A model generated the notes under the pieces. That model was given only the letters and a program-made list of their open reading frames with translations, had not been told where the DNA came from and ran no database searches. Position numbers and translations under genes: made by a program. DNA of 64,000 nucleotides. Source: Candidatus Melainabacteria bacterium 17Bon1m (GTDB lineage: Bacteria > Cyanobacteriota > Vampirovibrionia > Obscuribacterales > Obscuribacteraceae). Shown piece after piece: positions 47,266 through 56,652 of this stretch. Where the stretch lies: assembly GCA_032128875.1 (NCBI GenBank), contig JAVLKG010000003.1, forward strand, positions 1,016,974 to 1,080,973. The letters run 5' to 3'. Each line of letters starts with the position of its first letter. Position 1 is the stretch's first letter.

Positions 47266-49761
47266 CTATTGTGCGGCGCGGCTCAGAATCGAATGCGCCT
47301 CGGATCTGATGGCCAAGGCTTCATTGAATTGTCCTAAATTCATTTGTGCATCGCTCAAATTAAGAAGTGCATAAGCAAGATACTTATGATTGGTGCCGAA
47401 GTGTAGCTCCAGGGCTCTGCGTGCGAGTTCCAGTTCTTTAACAGCCTCAGTGAATCGGATTTTTGCTTGGTCGTTAAGTGGGCCAAATTGATCGAACTGT
47501 TTATCGCGAAGTTTATCAATTGCCAGATCGCGCAGTGCCAATCCCTTTTTCAATCTCGCCATACCTAAATTAGCTCTGGCAATTGCAGTCGTTAGCGAGC
47601 CGCGCCCAGCCCCGCGTTGTTCGCACATGTTGACGAGAAGTTGGTAGCATTCTTCTGCGTCCATTATGTAAGTAGTAACGGCGTTAAGATAGAGGCGGCT
47701 TCTTGGAACTAGCTTTCCACGGAAGAAGGCTAATTCGTGCAATTTACTGCGGGTTGGAAGTCCAGGAACCGTAGCGCTCTCATAAGGCAGCGCTTCTTCG
47801 TTTGTCGCGTACTGCAGTGCGTTGACTCCCTCGTTATTTTCCACGAGGTAGTCTCCAAGTGAGGAGAGCTGGTAGCCCATCGAATTTTGATTGACGTCAG
47901 CCCAACGAAAAACAATTGGTGCATCATGAGTTAGTTTGTCGCGCTCGCGCTGTCTGTTGATTTTTCCAATGATTGCAGAGTACGTTTCCGATGCTGCGAA
48001 TTTGAAAGACACGAGCGCTTCTATCTCTTTGCCGAGCAGATGGCATGCTGTTCCTTCCAAGCATTTAGCCATTGCTACTGGTTTTATTTGACTGGCGCTG
48101 GTGAAAATGAACTCTGCCAATCTTGTTTCGGCGAGCGCACTTTTCAATGCGGGCTCGTCGTTTTTCATCTTGTATATTTCATACAGGCATGCAGCTTGTG
48201 CCAAGTGCAGAAAGCCGATATCCATGGATTCGCCCATGCCTACAGCCTCTGATAGAGCCAGTGCTTGCTGCAAATAGCCATACGCAGCGTCGAAATCCCC
48301 GCGATAAAGTCTGTCTATTCCGCGATAAAAGAAGATTCGAAATCTTCCTGTTTCTGAACTGCCTATTTCGGTCACTTTCTCTGCAAAATCAGTCAGCTCG
48401 TCTGTGTCACTGGCGTCAGTAATCGGTCGCATGCGTTGCATTTTTTCAGCTGCGACGGTTTTGTAGAAGGGTTGATCCGTAGCCGACCATGGAATCATAC
48501 GTTGGCTGAGCTCGGGCGCACTTCCAGGATGATAGAGCGTGCTCATCATGATCGAATAATGCAATACAAAAACCGACATCAATGCAGTTATAGCGATCTT
48601 TGTACGCCATCGCTTGCCCAATCTGTTTTGAAAGAGTCTATCGAGCTTGTTGCCGTAGCGCCGCATGTATGCCACAGCAGCAGAGCCGCCTCGCCATTCT
48701 GATTGCGTTTGCTCAATGGCTTTGCGCATCTCCGGCGCAGATTGAAAGCGATTTTCCGGCTCCTTCGCCATTGCCTTGAAGACGATATCTTCAAGTTGTT
48801 TTACGAGTCGCACATCGGCTTTCACATTGGACAATCCGGCAGGCATTTCACTAACCTGCTTGTGCATTGTCTCCAAAGTATTGTTGCCGACAAGAGGCGG
48901 TTTGCCGGTTAAGCACTCATAGAGCAAACAACCAACTGCATAGATGTCGGAGCGCGCATCAGTCATATTCCCCAGGCATTGCTCGGGGCTCATGTACAGC
49001 GGGCTTCCGAAAACGTCGCCGCTTTGCGTAAGTTCTTGTGCTTCCAGTCCGGCCTTCGGCAAAATTTTGGCGATGCCGAAGTCCACCAGTTTTACATAGT
49101 CTGTATTGTCACCGACTGGTATCAAAACAATGTTGCTCGGTTTCAAATCTCTATGCAAAACGCCCGATTCATGCGCATGTTCGAGAGCATCCAGTATTTG
49201 TTTTGCGATCGACAAGCACCTATCGATACTAAGTTGTCCCCATGTCCTTACTATTTCTGAGAGAGCACGACCCTCGAGATAGTCCATAATGATGAAGGGC
49301 TGATTGTCTTCCGTAAGACCGAAGTCGTATACGGTGATGATATTTTGGTGCGCTAAATGGTGAGAGGCTTGGGCTTCTGCCTGAAAGCGCCGCATCATTG
49401 TTGGATTGCTGCTCAAGTGTTTGTGCAAAAGTTTGAGCGCGACTATTTTTCTCGTGAGAGTCTGCTGTGCTTTATATACGCGGCTCATTCCGCCTGCGCC
49501 GAGCAGTTCTAGTATTTGATATTTGCCGTGCAGGGTTCTGCCGATGACGGGATCTTTCTCGGAATTCGCCGCCGCTGTCTGCATGGAATTTTCCACTACC
49601 GAGCTGAAAGTTGTTCGGTCCAACTCTTCGGCTGGTGGAATTTCGCTATTGCCGGCAGAGTTCTTATCGGACATGCTTTCGCTGTCCGTACAAGGCTCTT
49701 CGTCCTTGGCGGCAATGTCCGGATCTGTGTCAGGCTTATGTGTAGAGCCTTTTTTAGGCAC
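47266..49761 (-). CDS. Membrane Ser/Thr protein kinase with TPR-like C-terminal domain
   Basis: LGAGGMS, VALK, HRDLKPSN, DFG, GSPLYMSPE, TM segment. Confidence 0.95.
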   Translation of the reverse strand: MPKKGSTHKPDTDPDIAAKDEEPCTDSESMSDKNSAGNSEIPPAEELDRTTFSSVVENSMQTAAANSEKDPVIGRTLHGKYQILELLGAGGMSRVYKAQQTLTRKIVALKLLHKHLSSNPTMMRRFQAEAQASHHLAHQNIITVYDFGLTEDNQPFIIMDYLEGRALSEIVRTWGQLSIDRCLSIAKQILDALEHAHESGVLHRDLKPSNIVLIPVGDNTDYVKLVDFGIAKILPKAGLEAQELTQSGDVFGSPLYMSPEQCLGNMTDARSDIYAVGCLLYECLTGKPPLVGNNTLETMHKQVSEMPAGLSNVKADVRLVKQLEDIVFKAMAKEPENRFQSAPEMRKAIEQTQSEWRGGSAAVAYMRRYGNKLDRLFQNRLGKRWRTKIAITALMSVFVLHYSIMMSTLYHPGSAPELSQRMIPWSATDQPFYKTVAAEKMQRMRPITDASDTDELTDFAEKVTEIGSSETGRFRIFFYRGIDRLYRGDFDAAYGYLQQALALSEAVGMGESMDIGFLHLAQAACLYEIYKMKNDEPALKSALAETRLAEFIFTSASQIKPVAMAKCLEGTACHLLGKEIEALVSFKFAASETYSAIIGKINRQRERDKLTHDAPIVFRWADVNQNSMGYQLSSLGDYLVENNEGVNALQYATNEEALPYESATVPGLPTRSKLHELAFFRGKLVPRSRLYLNAVTTYIMDAEECYQLLVNMCEQRGAGRGSLTTAIARANLGMARLKKGLALRDLAIDKLRDKQFDQFGPLNDQAKIRFTEAVKELELARRALELHFGTNHKYLAYALLNLSDAQMNLGQFNEALAIRSEAHSILSRAAQ

Positions 49762-49935
49762 GCTGGACTCCTGGAGCCAAATTATGTGTCAAAACATCCG
49801 GACAACCCACATAGTTATTCCCAGTGGTACTCTAAGCTTTAAGCTCTTGGACTTTAGACTCTGGCATAATTGCCTATCAGATGACAAAAGCCATCCGGTT
49901 CTTGCTATTTACCAGCTTCGTTTTTCAGGTAAACA

Positions 49936-50694
49936 ATGCTTAAATTGCCATTTTTGAAATCGCTGCTCGTGCCTTTAGCCATCATGGTTTTGCTTGGTGG
50001 TAGTGCACCTCCCAGTCAAGCAGGCAATAAGCTTAAGCCCGGTGAAGTCTGGGTTTTGCACATGAGCAGTAACTTCCTGGGCAACGTGACATTTAATCTG
50101 AGCGATGCGACAACCTCCATCTACATGGAGAAGCTCGGACTGGAAGCCTTTGGCGATGAAAAAATGACACAGATATTGATCTGCAATCACAGAGACAAGA
50201 CTTATTTGCAAGAGCCGCGATCAGAGTGGGAAAAGAGAGCCAACAAGTACAAAAGCAAGAACAAAAAAACGGCCAGTTACTCGGGCTATAAAGTCTCAAA
50301 ACCCAAACCAGCTAAAGTTTGCGGGCTAAACTGCTCATTCGTTGAAGTGAATGCTATCCGCAAAGACGGCACCATCGAGCCGCAAGATCAGAAAAAACAG
50401 ATTTGGGTCACACAAGAGCTCGAAACCGGAAAAGGCGTCGCGAAGCAGTTCGCTATGGAAATCTTGAGGGTATTTGCACAGCTGGAAGAAACACCAAAGA
50501 CTGGCGGCGTTTTGCTCCGGTTAAAGGCCGACAAGAGCAAGAAGCTGGTGACAATGCTCGATACTTATAAAGTCGAGAAGGTCAAAAAGGTGCTGGAAGT
50601 GAAGATCCCAAAGGGTTACCACCGGGTGAAAGATGAAGTAGCGCTTCTCTGGGGTGATGACTCCACTACGGGCGATATGTTCGGCTCGCCTTAG
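49936..50694 (+). CDS. Exported hypothetical protein
   Basis: Signal peptide ending SQA; 252 aa. Confidence 0.75.
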   Translation: MLKLPFLKSLLVPLAIMVLLGGSAPPSQAGNKLKPGEVWVLHMSSNFLGNVTFNLSDATTSIYMEKLGLEAFGDEKMTQILICNHRDKTYLQEPRSEWEKRANKYKSKNKKTASYSGYKVSKPKPAKVCGLNCSFVEVNAIRKDGTIEPQDQKKQIWVTQELETGKGVAKQFAMEILRVFAQLEETPKTGGVLLRLKADKSKKLVTMLDTYKVEKVKKVLEVKIPKGYHRVKDEVALLWGDDSTTGDMFGSP

Positions 50695-50742
50695 GATTTT
50701 GGCAGGTAAGACTGACAATGCCGGAATCGCTTTGCATGCATA

Positions 50743-50870
50743 GGCTTGCAGTGGGGAGGAGTCTCTGCTATGGCTGTTGGCTTGCAGTGGGCGAGAAATC
50801 TCTGCTATGGCTGTTGGCGTGCAGTGGACGAGGAGTCTCTGCTAAGGCCTTTGGAGTGCAGTGCCGACGA
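50743..50870. repeat. 36-37 nt tandem repeat, about 3.5 copies
   Basis: GGCTTGCAGTGGGCGAGAAATCTCTGCTATGGCTGTT-like units head to tail. Confidence 0.85.
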
Positions 50871-50876
50871 AGACGA

Positions 50877-51626
50877 TCAGCGATTCCCAGAACGCAAGTT
50901 TTTCGCTTCGTCCTTAAGAGGTTTTGCAGTTGCGGTGTCGCCCAACTCTTCGCAAACAGATGCGAGATTTTCATTGATAGTTGCAAGCAAAGATCTTTCG
51001 CCTGGATTTAGCTTTTCTGCCGAACGTTCTTGCAGCAATTCTCTTTTTAGCTCTTCCATCGTTGTTTGTGTAAGCTGAAGTTGCTGGCGCTTTTTCGATG
51101 GCTCCGCTTCTTGCAGCGCTAAAAGAAAATTGCATGACGCCATGTTTTGCTTGTCGCGAATTCGAACTTCAGGTGTGCTCGAAGGATCGTGTTGGTTCAG
51201 TGTTTGTATCTGCCGCAATGCGGCAAGCATATCGGCGTACCTATTGCTGTCGCGGCAAACTGTGGCGATCTGGTTGAGTGTAGCAACAATCCGGTCATTG
51301 CCCGCGCCGCCTTCCTTTTCTAGGGCAAGCGCTTTGGTAAGAACATCGAGCGATTCTTTTAGCTTTTGGTCTTGCCATAAGAGTGTGCCGAGCTCTTCCA
51401 TCTTTTCTGCTTTGCTCAGGCGTTCGGCAGAGGTTTTAACTTGAGGCAGTCCTCTAATTTCTGATTTTTGCTGCTCGATCTGCGCTTGCAGTTCTGCTTT
51501 TTGCGCGCCTGATTCTTGGTCTTTTGCCTGGCCGGAAAGGCGGATCGAGCGCTCGATACTGAATGCAGCAATTCCGCAGAGGATGACAGCAAAGAACAGA
51601 AGTGCGATTGTTTTTATGGTTAGCAA
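50877..51626 (-). CDS. Membrane-anchored TPR-like protein
   Basis: N-terminal TM, helical repeats. Confidence 0.75.
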   Translation of the reverse strand: MLTIKTIALLFFAVILCGIAAFSIERSIRLSGQAKDQESGAQKAELQAQIEQQKSEIRGLPQVKTSAERLSKAEKMEELGTLLWQDQKLKESLDVLTKALALEKEGGAGNDRIVATLNQIATVCRDSNRYADMLAALRQIQTLNQHDPSSTPEVRIRDKQNMASCNFLLALQEAEPSKKRQQLQLTQTTMEELKRELLQERSAEKLNPGERSLLATINENLASVCEELGDTATAKPLKDEAKNLRSGNR

Positions 51627-51723
51627 CTTACTTATCCCTTCACGTGATACCGAACTTGATACCGGAGAGCAAAGCGACCGGCTTCTTGATATAGTTGCGC
51701 TAAATCTGCAATTCTATTGTCAA

Positions 51724-53331
51724 ATGTTATTCAGTTCCATTTATCAGCATTCTCATTTTACCCGTCCGGGCGCACGGCTCAGGCACGTTTTTTCTGGTGC
51801 ACTTTCCATTGGGCTGAGTTTGAGCATGGGCGTCGTATTTGCTGTTGATGCCATCTTGGGCTGTGCCAACCAAGCATTCTGCGCCGCAGAGAGTCCCGCT
51901 GCCGCGAGGCTCCACGCAAATGCCATTAAGACCGAGAAGGCAGGAAATGTCCGCGAAGCATTAGAGCTTGAGCAGCAAGCCATGCACCTCGCGCCTTCAA
52001 ATGTTCTCTATCATGGAGAGTTTGCACGTTTGCTCTGGGAAGCAGGTTTTGTAGAGCGGGCTATTCGTGAAAATAAGGAAGCAATAAAGCTAGATCCAGC
52101 CAGTGCTAAGCTGCGATTCAACCTGGCTGTGATGCTGCAAACTTCAGGTGACCCCAAGTCGGCGATTGTCGAGTATGAAAAGCTTCTGAAGGCAAATGGC
52201 AATGACTTGCAAGCTCGGCTCGGTTATTTGCAATCGCTTGCTCTCGCCGGTCGATCGCAAGACGCTGTCAATCAGCTTGATGCTCTGGCTTCGCAAGCTA
52301 AGAAGAACCAATCGATTCTTATCGAAGTTGCAGACACTGCGATAAAGATCAACCAGCCGCATCGCGCAAAGGAGATGTTGCGGGACCAAGCAAATACGGG
52401 AAGTCCGCGCACTCTCAGCCTTTTGTATGTTGCCGCCGCCGATGACAATGATGAAAAGTTGGCGCTCAGTGTGCAAAAAAAGGTTTTGGAAAGCGGTCCG
52501 AAAGATGCACGAATTTACATCATTGCTGCAAAGCTTGCTGATGAAAAAGGTGGAATCTTGCTCCAGGAGCAGATACTGAATCAGGCAATGAAATCTGTTC
52601 GCAACAATGGTGACATGTATGCTCAGATGGCGGGAATGTTTATGCGCAATTTCGCGCAGTCGAGATCTTCTGGTGATGAGAAGACCGCCCAGTCCTGGCT
52701 GAGTTTGTCCGAAAAGGCACTAGTTTTTGCCGAGGAGATTCATGTTAAAGCGTGGCGCTATCGCTTTGCTCACGCGGGTGTTCTGGCTTTGCAAGGAAAA
52801 CAGAAGGAAGCTGCTGACATGATTGATGCTCTTGCGCATCAAGAGCCGAAGAACGAACTTGTGTTGTTTTGCCGCGGTCGCCTGCGTGCATATGCCAACA
52901 ACCCTGCCGCTACTGCCAAGCGAAATCTCAAAAACCTTTTCGGCGATGCAGAGCGAACGGGCGTTTCCGCCGGCGCCGTTGATGATGCGATCACCTTGGC
53001 ATGTTCGCGCGCCTATCTCGACAAGCTCGGATGTGGTTGCCATATGGCTGTTTTGGAATTTAAGTGGAAACATTTGGGCGGGGTTTTGTACTCAAAGGTT
53101 ATTTCCGAGCATCCTGCAGTCGGCTTAATCGTTCACAAATTGGGCGACCAGGACGGCTTTAAGGGGCGGATAATTTCCGCGGCTGCGTCCATAAACGAGC
53201 GTGTTGTGAAGGTCGAAACGGATACTGTGAAAGGCTTAGGAGCTCTGGCGATGAACGTTGTTACGCCCGAAGCTCAAGAGGAGCCGGCTCTCATGGCTCG
53301 GCTCACTCCGCTGGAGCTGCAAAGGCTCTAG
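51724..53331 (+). CDS. Exported TPR protein with C-terminal HMA-like CxC domain
   Basis: TPRs; LDKLGCGCH; start uncertain. Confidence 0.75.
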   Translation: MLFSSIYQHSHFTRPGARLRHVFSGALSIGLSLSMGVVFAVDAILGCANQAFCAAESPAAARLHANAIKTEKAGNVREALELEQQAMHLAPSNVLYHGEFARLLWEAGFVERAIRENKEAIKLDPASAKLRFNLAVMLQTSGDPKSAIVEYEKLLKANGNDLQARLGYLQSLALAGRSQDAVNQLDALASQAKKNQSILIEVADTAIKINQPHRAKEMLRDQANTGSPRTLSLLYVAAADDNDEKLALSVQKKVLESGPKDARIYIIAAKLADEKGGILLQEQILNQAMKSVRNNGDMYAQMAGMFMRNFAQSRSSGDEKTAQSWLSLSEKALVFAEEIHVKAWRYRFAHAGVLALQGKQKEAADMIDALAHQEPKNELVLFCRGRLRAYANNPAATAKRNLKNLFGDAERTGVSAGAVDDAITLACSRAYLDKLGCGCHMAVLEFKWKHLGGVLYSKVISEHPAVGLIVHKLGDQDGFKGRIISAAASINERVVKVETDTVKGLGALAMNVVTPEAQEEPALMARLTPLELQRL

Positions 53332-53437
53332 GGACAAGGGTAAAGAGCCGCAACACCTGGGGCTGAAATCCTTTCAGCGGGGCTGCCCGTGTGCTATTGT
53401 GAATTCACGTCCCTTCGCTCGAGGAATGTGTCTGCAA

Positions 53438-54709
53438 ATGACTCAGGCGTCGCCGCCGGAAGAATCTGCCGACCTGCGTATCGGAAGCCTTCTCGCCCTT
53501 AGTGGTCTCGTTCGTGCCTCTGATTTGCAGGAGGCGCTCACGATTGCGTCTCAGACGCAAATGCCGGTCGGGCGCGTGTTGGTGATGTCCAACCGCCTGT
53601 CCGAAGAAGCTCTCAGAGCCGTAGTCGAAGTTCAGTCTCTGGTGAAAGATAGAGTTTTAACGCGCGAACAGGCACTTGAGTGTGTTGAACAAGCGCGTAA
53701 AGCAAACAAGCCGCTCATTGAAGTTTTACACGAGCAGGGCTTGCACCAACCGCAGCGCCCTACCAATCGTCTTGGGGAGTTGCTTGTCGATTGCGGACAA
53801 ATTTCGCATGATCAGTTAGAGCGAGCTCTTAAGATGGGCGGCGCAACAGGTTTGCCACTCGGTCGCGTATTGGTTCTATTCGGCTTGATTACAGAACCTC
53901 TGGCGGCACGCGCATTGCAGATTCAGGACGAAATCCGTAAAGGACACGTTTCACGCAGTGAAGGTCTGATGACATTCCGCATGGACCGCATGCGTATGCA
54001 AGGTTTGAAGAGTAAGGATAAGGACAAAACATACAAGATCAAATTGGGCGAATTGTTCGTCGCTGCTGAAGTTTTATCCACATCTGACGTGGATGCTGCG
54101 CTCGAAATGGCGTGGGCGAACAACAAAATGCTCGGGGAAATTCTCACTGATTTGGATTGGATTTCTCCGGAAATGTTGCTGGGTGCATTGAAACTGCAGC
54201 AAAAACTTTGGTCTGGTGAAATTGATTTAGAGCGCGCAGTCAATGTCGTGAAAGACATGTACACGACTGGTGTCAGCTTCGATCTTTCGTGGGGCCGATT
54301 TGGTCAAACGAGCGATCCTCTCGATAAGCAATTGACGTTGTTCGAGTTCCTCAAAATTGCAGGATTCATGACGCGCCGTCGATTGACTGAGTTGATCGAG
54401 AGTTGCATCACGAATGGTGACTTGCTCGATCGCGTTATGGAAAACGCCGGAATAACAGACTACGAAGACGCTGATTTGATGCGTAAAGCAATTAAGACTG
54501 CGGTAACTGATTCGTATCTGTTGCGCGACATTCTTGCGGAGTCAGAGATTATGGAACTTGACGTTGTCCAAGCTTCAGAGAGCCTTGTTTCTCTGGTGCA
54601 AGAAGGCGCGCTTCCACTCGAGCGAGCTATCATGGCCTTTACTTACTGCCATGACCAACGTATCCCGGCGACTGAAGCCATTGCACAACTGGGCTTCCCG
54701 GCGAAGTAG
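53438..54709 (+). CDS. Stand-alone tandem MshEN-like protein
   Basis: RIGSLL..SGLV, RLGELLVDCGQI...LERAL, KLGELFV...LGEIL. Confidence 0.8.
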   Translation: MTQASPPEESADLRIGSLLALSGLVRASDLQEALTIASQTQMPVGRVLVMSNRLSEEALRAVVEVQSLVKDRVLTREQALECVEQARKANKPLIEVLHEQGLHQPQRPTNRLGELLVDCGQISHDQLERALKMGGATGLPLGRVLVLFGLITEPLAARALQIQDEIRKGHVSRSEGLMTFRMDRMRMQGLKSKDKDKTYKIKLGELFVAAEVLSTSDVDAALEMAWANNKMLGEILTDLDWISPEMLLGALKLQQKLWSGEIDLERAVNVVKDMYTTGVSFDLSWGRFGQTSDPLDKQLTLFEFLKIAGFMTRRRLTELIESCITNGDLLDRVMENAGITDYEDADLMRKAIKTAVTDSYLLRDILAESEIMELDVVQASESLVSLVQEGALPLERAIMAFTYCHDQRIPATEAIAQLGFPAK

Positions 54710-54732
54710 TTGCGAATTTGGTTCGATTTCTG

Positions 54733-55485
54733 ATGAATGTATTGAGCTATCGAACTTCCGATCTCAATGATCTGACGTTTGTACTTTTGATTGACGATGT
54801 GCCACTTCACGAGCTTTACGAGTCTGACACCGTTGGTGTTCCTTACTGGCTTCTGGAAGGCCAGTTAACAGCTACAACCATCATGGGTGAAACCCACTAC
54901 ATCGTTTCTGTCTGCGATTGTGGAGAGCCGGGCTGTGGGAGGGTTGCGTGTAAGGTTACGGAAGAGGACGGGATTGTCACATTTCACGATTTCAAATTTC
55001 TCGCAAACGATCTCACATTCAAGTTCACTGCGGAAAATTTCCATCAGGTGATGGATGAAATTGGTCACGAAGTTCTGAAGTTTGAAGGTCCGCAAACCGA
55101 AGCTTCGACAGCTCAGCACAATTTTGATGTGATGAAGGCTTATTTGAATGCTGTTGATGAGTTGCTTCGACAACCAAGCACTCGAGAACGCATTGCTCAG
55201 GCTTGCGGAATTGAAACATATGGAGCTCAAGAAGCTGCCGACTGGATTTGCAATCCTGCAAATCATGAAGCTGTAAGAAACTTGATCGTGCTAGATAAAC
55301 ACAGGTTCCTTTTATTGGAAAATGGACCAGTGACACCGCCGATCTTGCAGCATGAACACATTCCATGGACCATTAAGGTCAAGTCTTATGACGCAGATAC
55401 TACGCTGGTTTGGGTTGGTTACTTAGACAAAGTCGGTGATTGTGTGGGAACCAAGAGCCTGAAGTTTGAACGTGCAAAGGAATAG
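54733..55485 (+). CDS. Hypothetical protein
   Basis: 250 aa, CDCGEPGC motif. Confidence 0.65.
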   Translation: MNVLSYRTSDLNDLTFVLLIDDVPLHELYESDTVGVPYWLLEGQLTATTIMGETHYIVSVCDCGEPGCGRVACKVTEEDGIVTFHDFKFLANDLTFKFTAENFHQVMDEIGHEVLKFEGPQTEASTAQHNFDVMKAYLNAVDELLRQPSTRERIAQACGIETYGAQEAADWICNPANHEAVRNLIVLDKHRFLLLENGPVTPPILQHEHIPWTIKVKSYDADTTLVWVGYLDKVGDCVGTKSLKFERAKE

Positions 55486-55488
55486 CCG

Positions 55489-56574
55489 CTACTTCCCGAA
55501 GAGTTCCGGTGCAATTGATTTGACAGCGCTTGCGCTAATGGCTCCAGCGAAGTTTGTTAGCTCTGCACCGGACTTTGTCTTTGCACGTTGAGCGACAACA
55601 GCTACGACTTTTCCGCGAATGCTAACGACAGGACTTCCACTGCTGCCGGATGTAACAGGTGCATCTACTTGCACTGTATTTGGTGTCACTCGGCTGACGC
55701 GCCCCGTTGTGAAAGTTGGCGCATAATACTTTTCAGAATCCTTGTCGAGCTGATCGGATGCAACAGGATAGCCCACAACTTGAATTTCTTGTCCTTCGGA
55801 TGCCGGCATCAAGTCAAACTCAAGTGGCATCGGGTGCAGTCCTGGTGCAGATAAGATTGCGATGTCCGGATCACCCTCCGCTCCTTCTTTGTACAGTGAC
55901 GCTTCGATCGCTGGAATTGTCGCTGGTCCTGCAGGATGCAAGAAATAGCCGATGATCGGATTGACTCTCGCCATCTGCGCATACTTGAGGAATTTCACTC
56001 TCGAAGGGTCAGCACGCAGACTCAAATTTTTCTCGTAACACTCCCAAATCGCATCGACCGTGTTTTGGTAGTGCGCGCGTTCGCCACCAGCTAAGCCCGG
56101 TTTTATACTGAGATTGATTGTTTGGAGAAGTTCGTTAAAACGAGATTCGTGATCTTTGAGAAAGGCAGTTTGCTCTGCGTACAAACGAGTCGCTGCGAAA
56201 AATCTGGCGCACTCTGCGGCAACCGGACCACAAGTTTCGGCTGCCACGTGCCTGTCTGTTACGTAGTATGTTTTGTCTCGAGCCGCAGTTTTGACTGGGA
56301 AAGCAGTGCCATATCCCATGATTTGAAAGCCGCGCGTGTCGTCTTTCAATGTGCAGTAAACAGGAAAACGATACTTTGGTGAAAGGTCGGATACGTAGCA
56401 CCAATATTGATCTCGCAATCGAAGTTTCAATCCCGGTCGAACATTGAGTACTTGACCTTTCAATCGCTTGTCGAGCTTTTCCCATGTTTCAATTGCAATT
56501 GAAGATGGGCAAGCCGCGCTCATGGAAAGCGTAAGCAATAGGGCTAGCGATTTCACTCGGTTGCTAAGATTCAC
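55489..56574 (-). CDS. Exported trypsin-like serine protease
   Basis: TDRHVA, DIAIL, SGSSGSPV; signal peptide. Confidence 0.85.
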   Translation of the reverse strand: MNLSNRVKSLALLLTLSMSAACPSSIAIETWEKLDKRLKGQVLNVRPGLKLRLRDQYWCYVSDLSPKYRFPVYCTLKDDTRGFQIMGYGTAFPVKTAARDKTYYVTDRHVAAETCGPVAAECARFFAATRLYAEQTAFLKDHESRFNELLQTINLSIKPGLAGGERAHYQNTVDAIWECYEKNLSLRADPSRVKFLKYAQMARVNPIIGYFLHPAGPATIPAIEASLYKEGAEGDPDIAILSAPGLHPMPLEFDLMPASEGQEIQVVGYPVASDQLDKDSEKYYAPTFTTGRVSRVTPNTVQVDAPVTSGSSGSPVVSIRGKVVAVVAQRAKTKSGAELTNFAGAISASAVKSIAPELFGK

Positions 56575-56652
56575 TTGCAGTCTTTCCTGTAGTCCTTTTC
56601 TGCGCGTGTTTCGCGGCTTTTCGAATTATAGCCAGACCGGACGACTTTGCGC

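Noticed and set aside
50743-50870. CRISPR array
   Set aside because: Units are contiguous with no unique spacers, and there are no cas genes in the window
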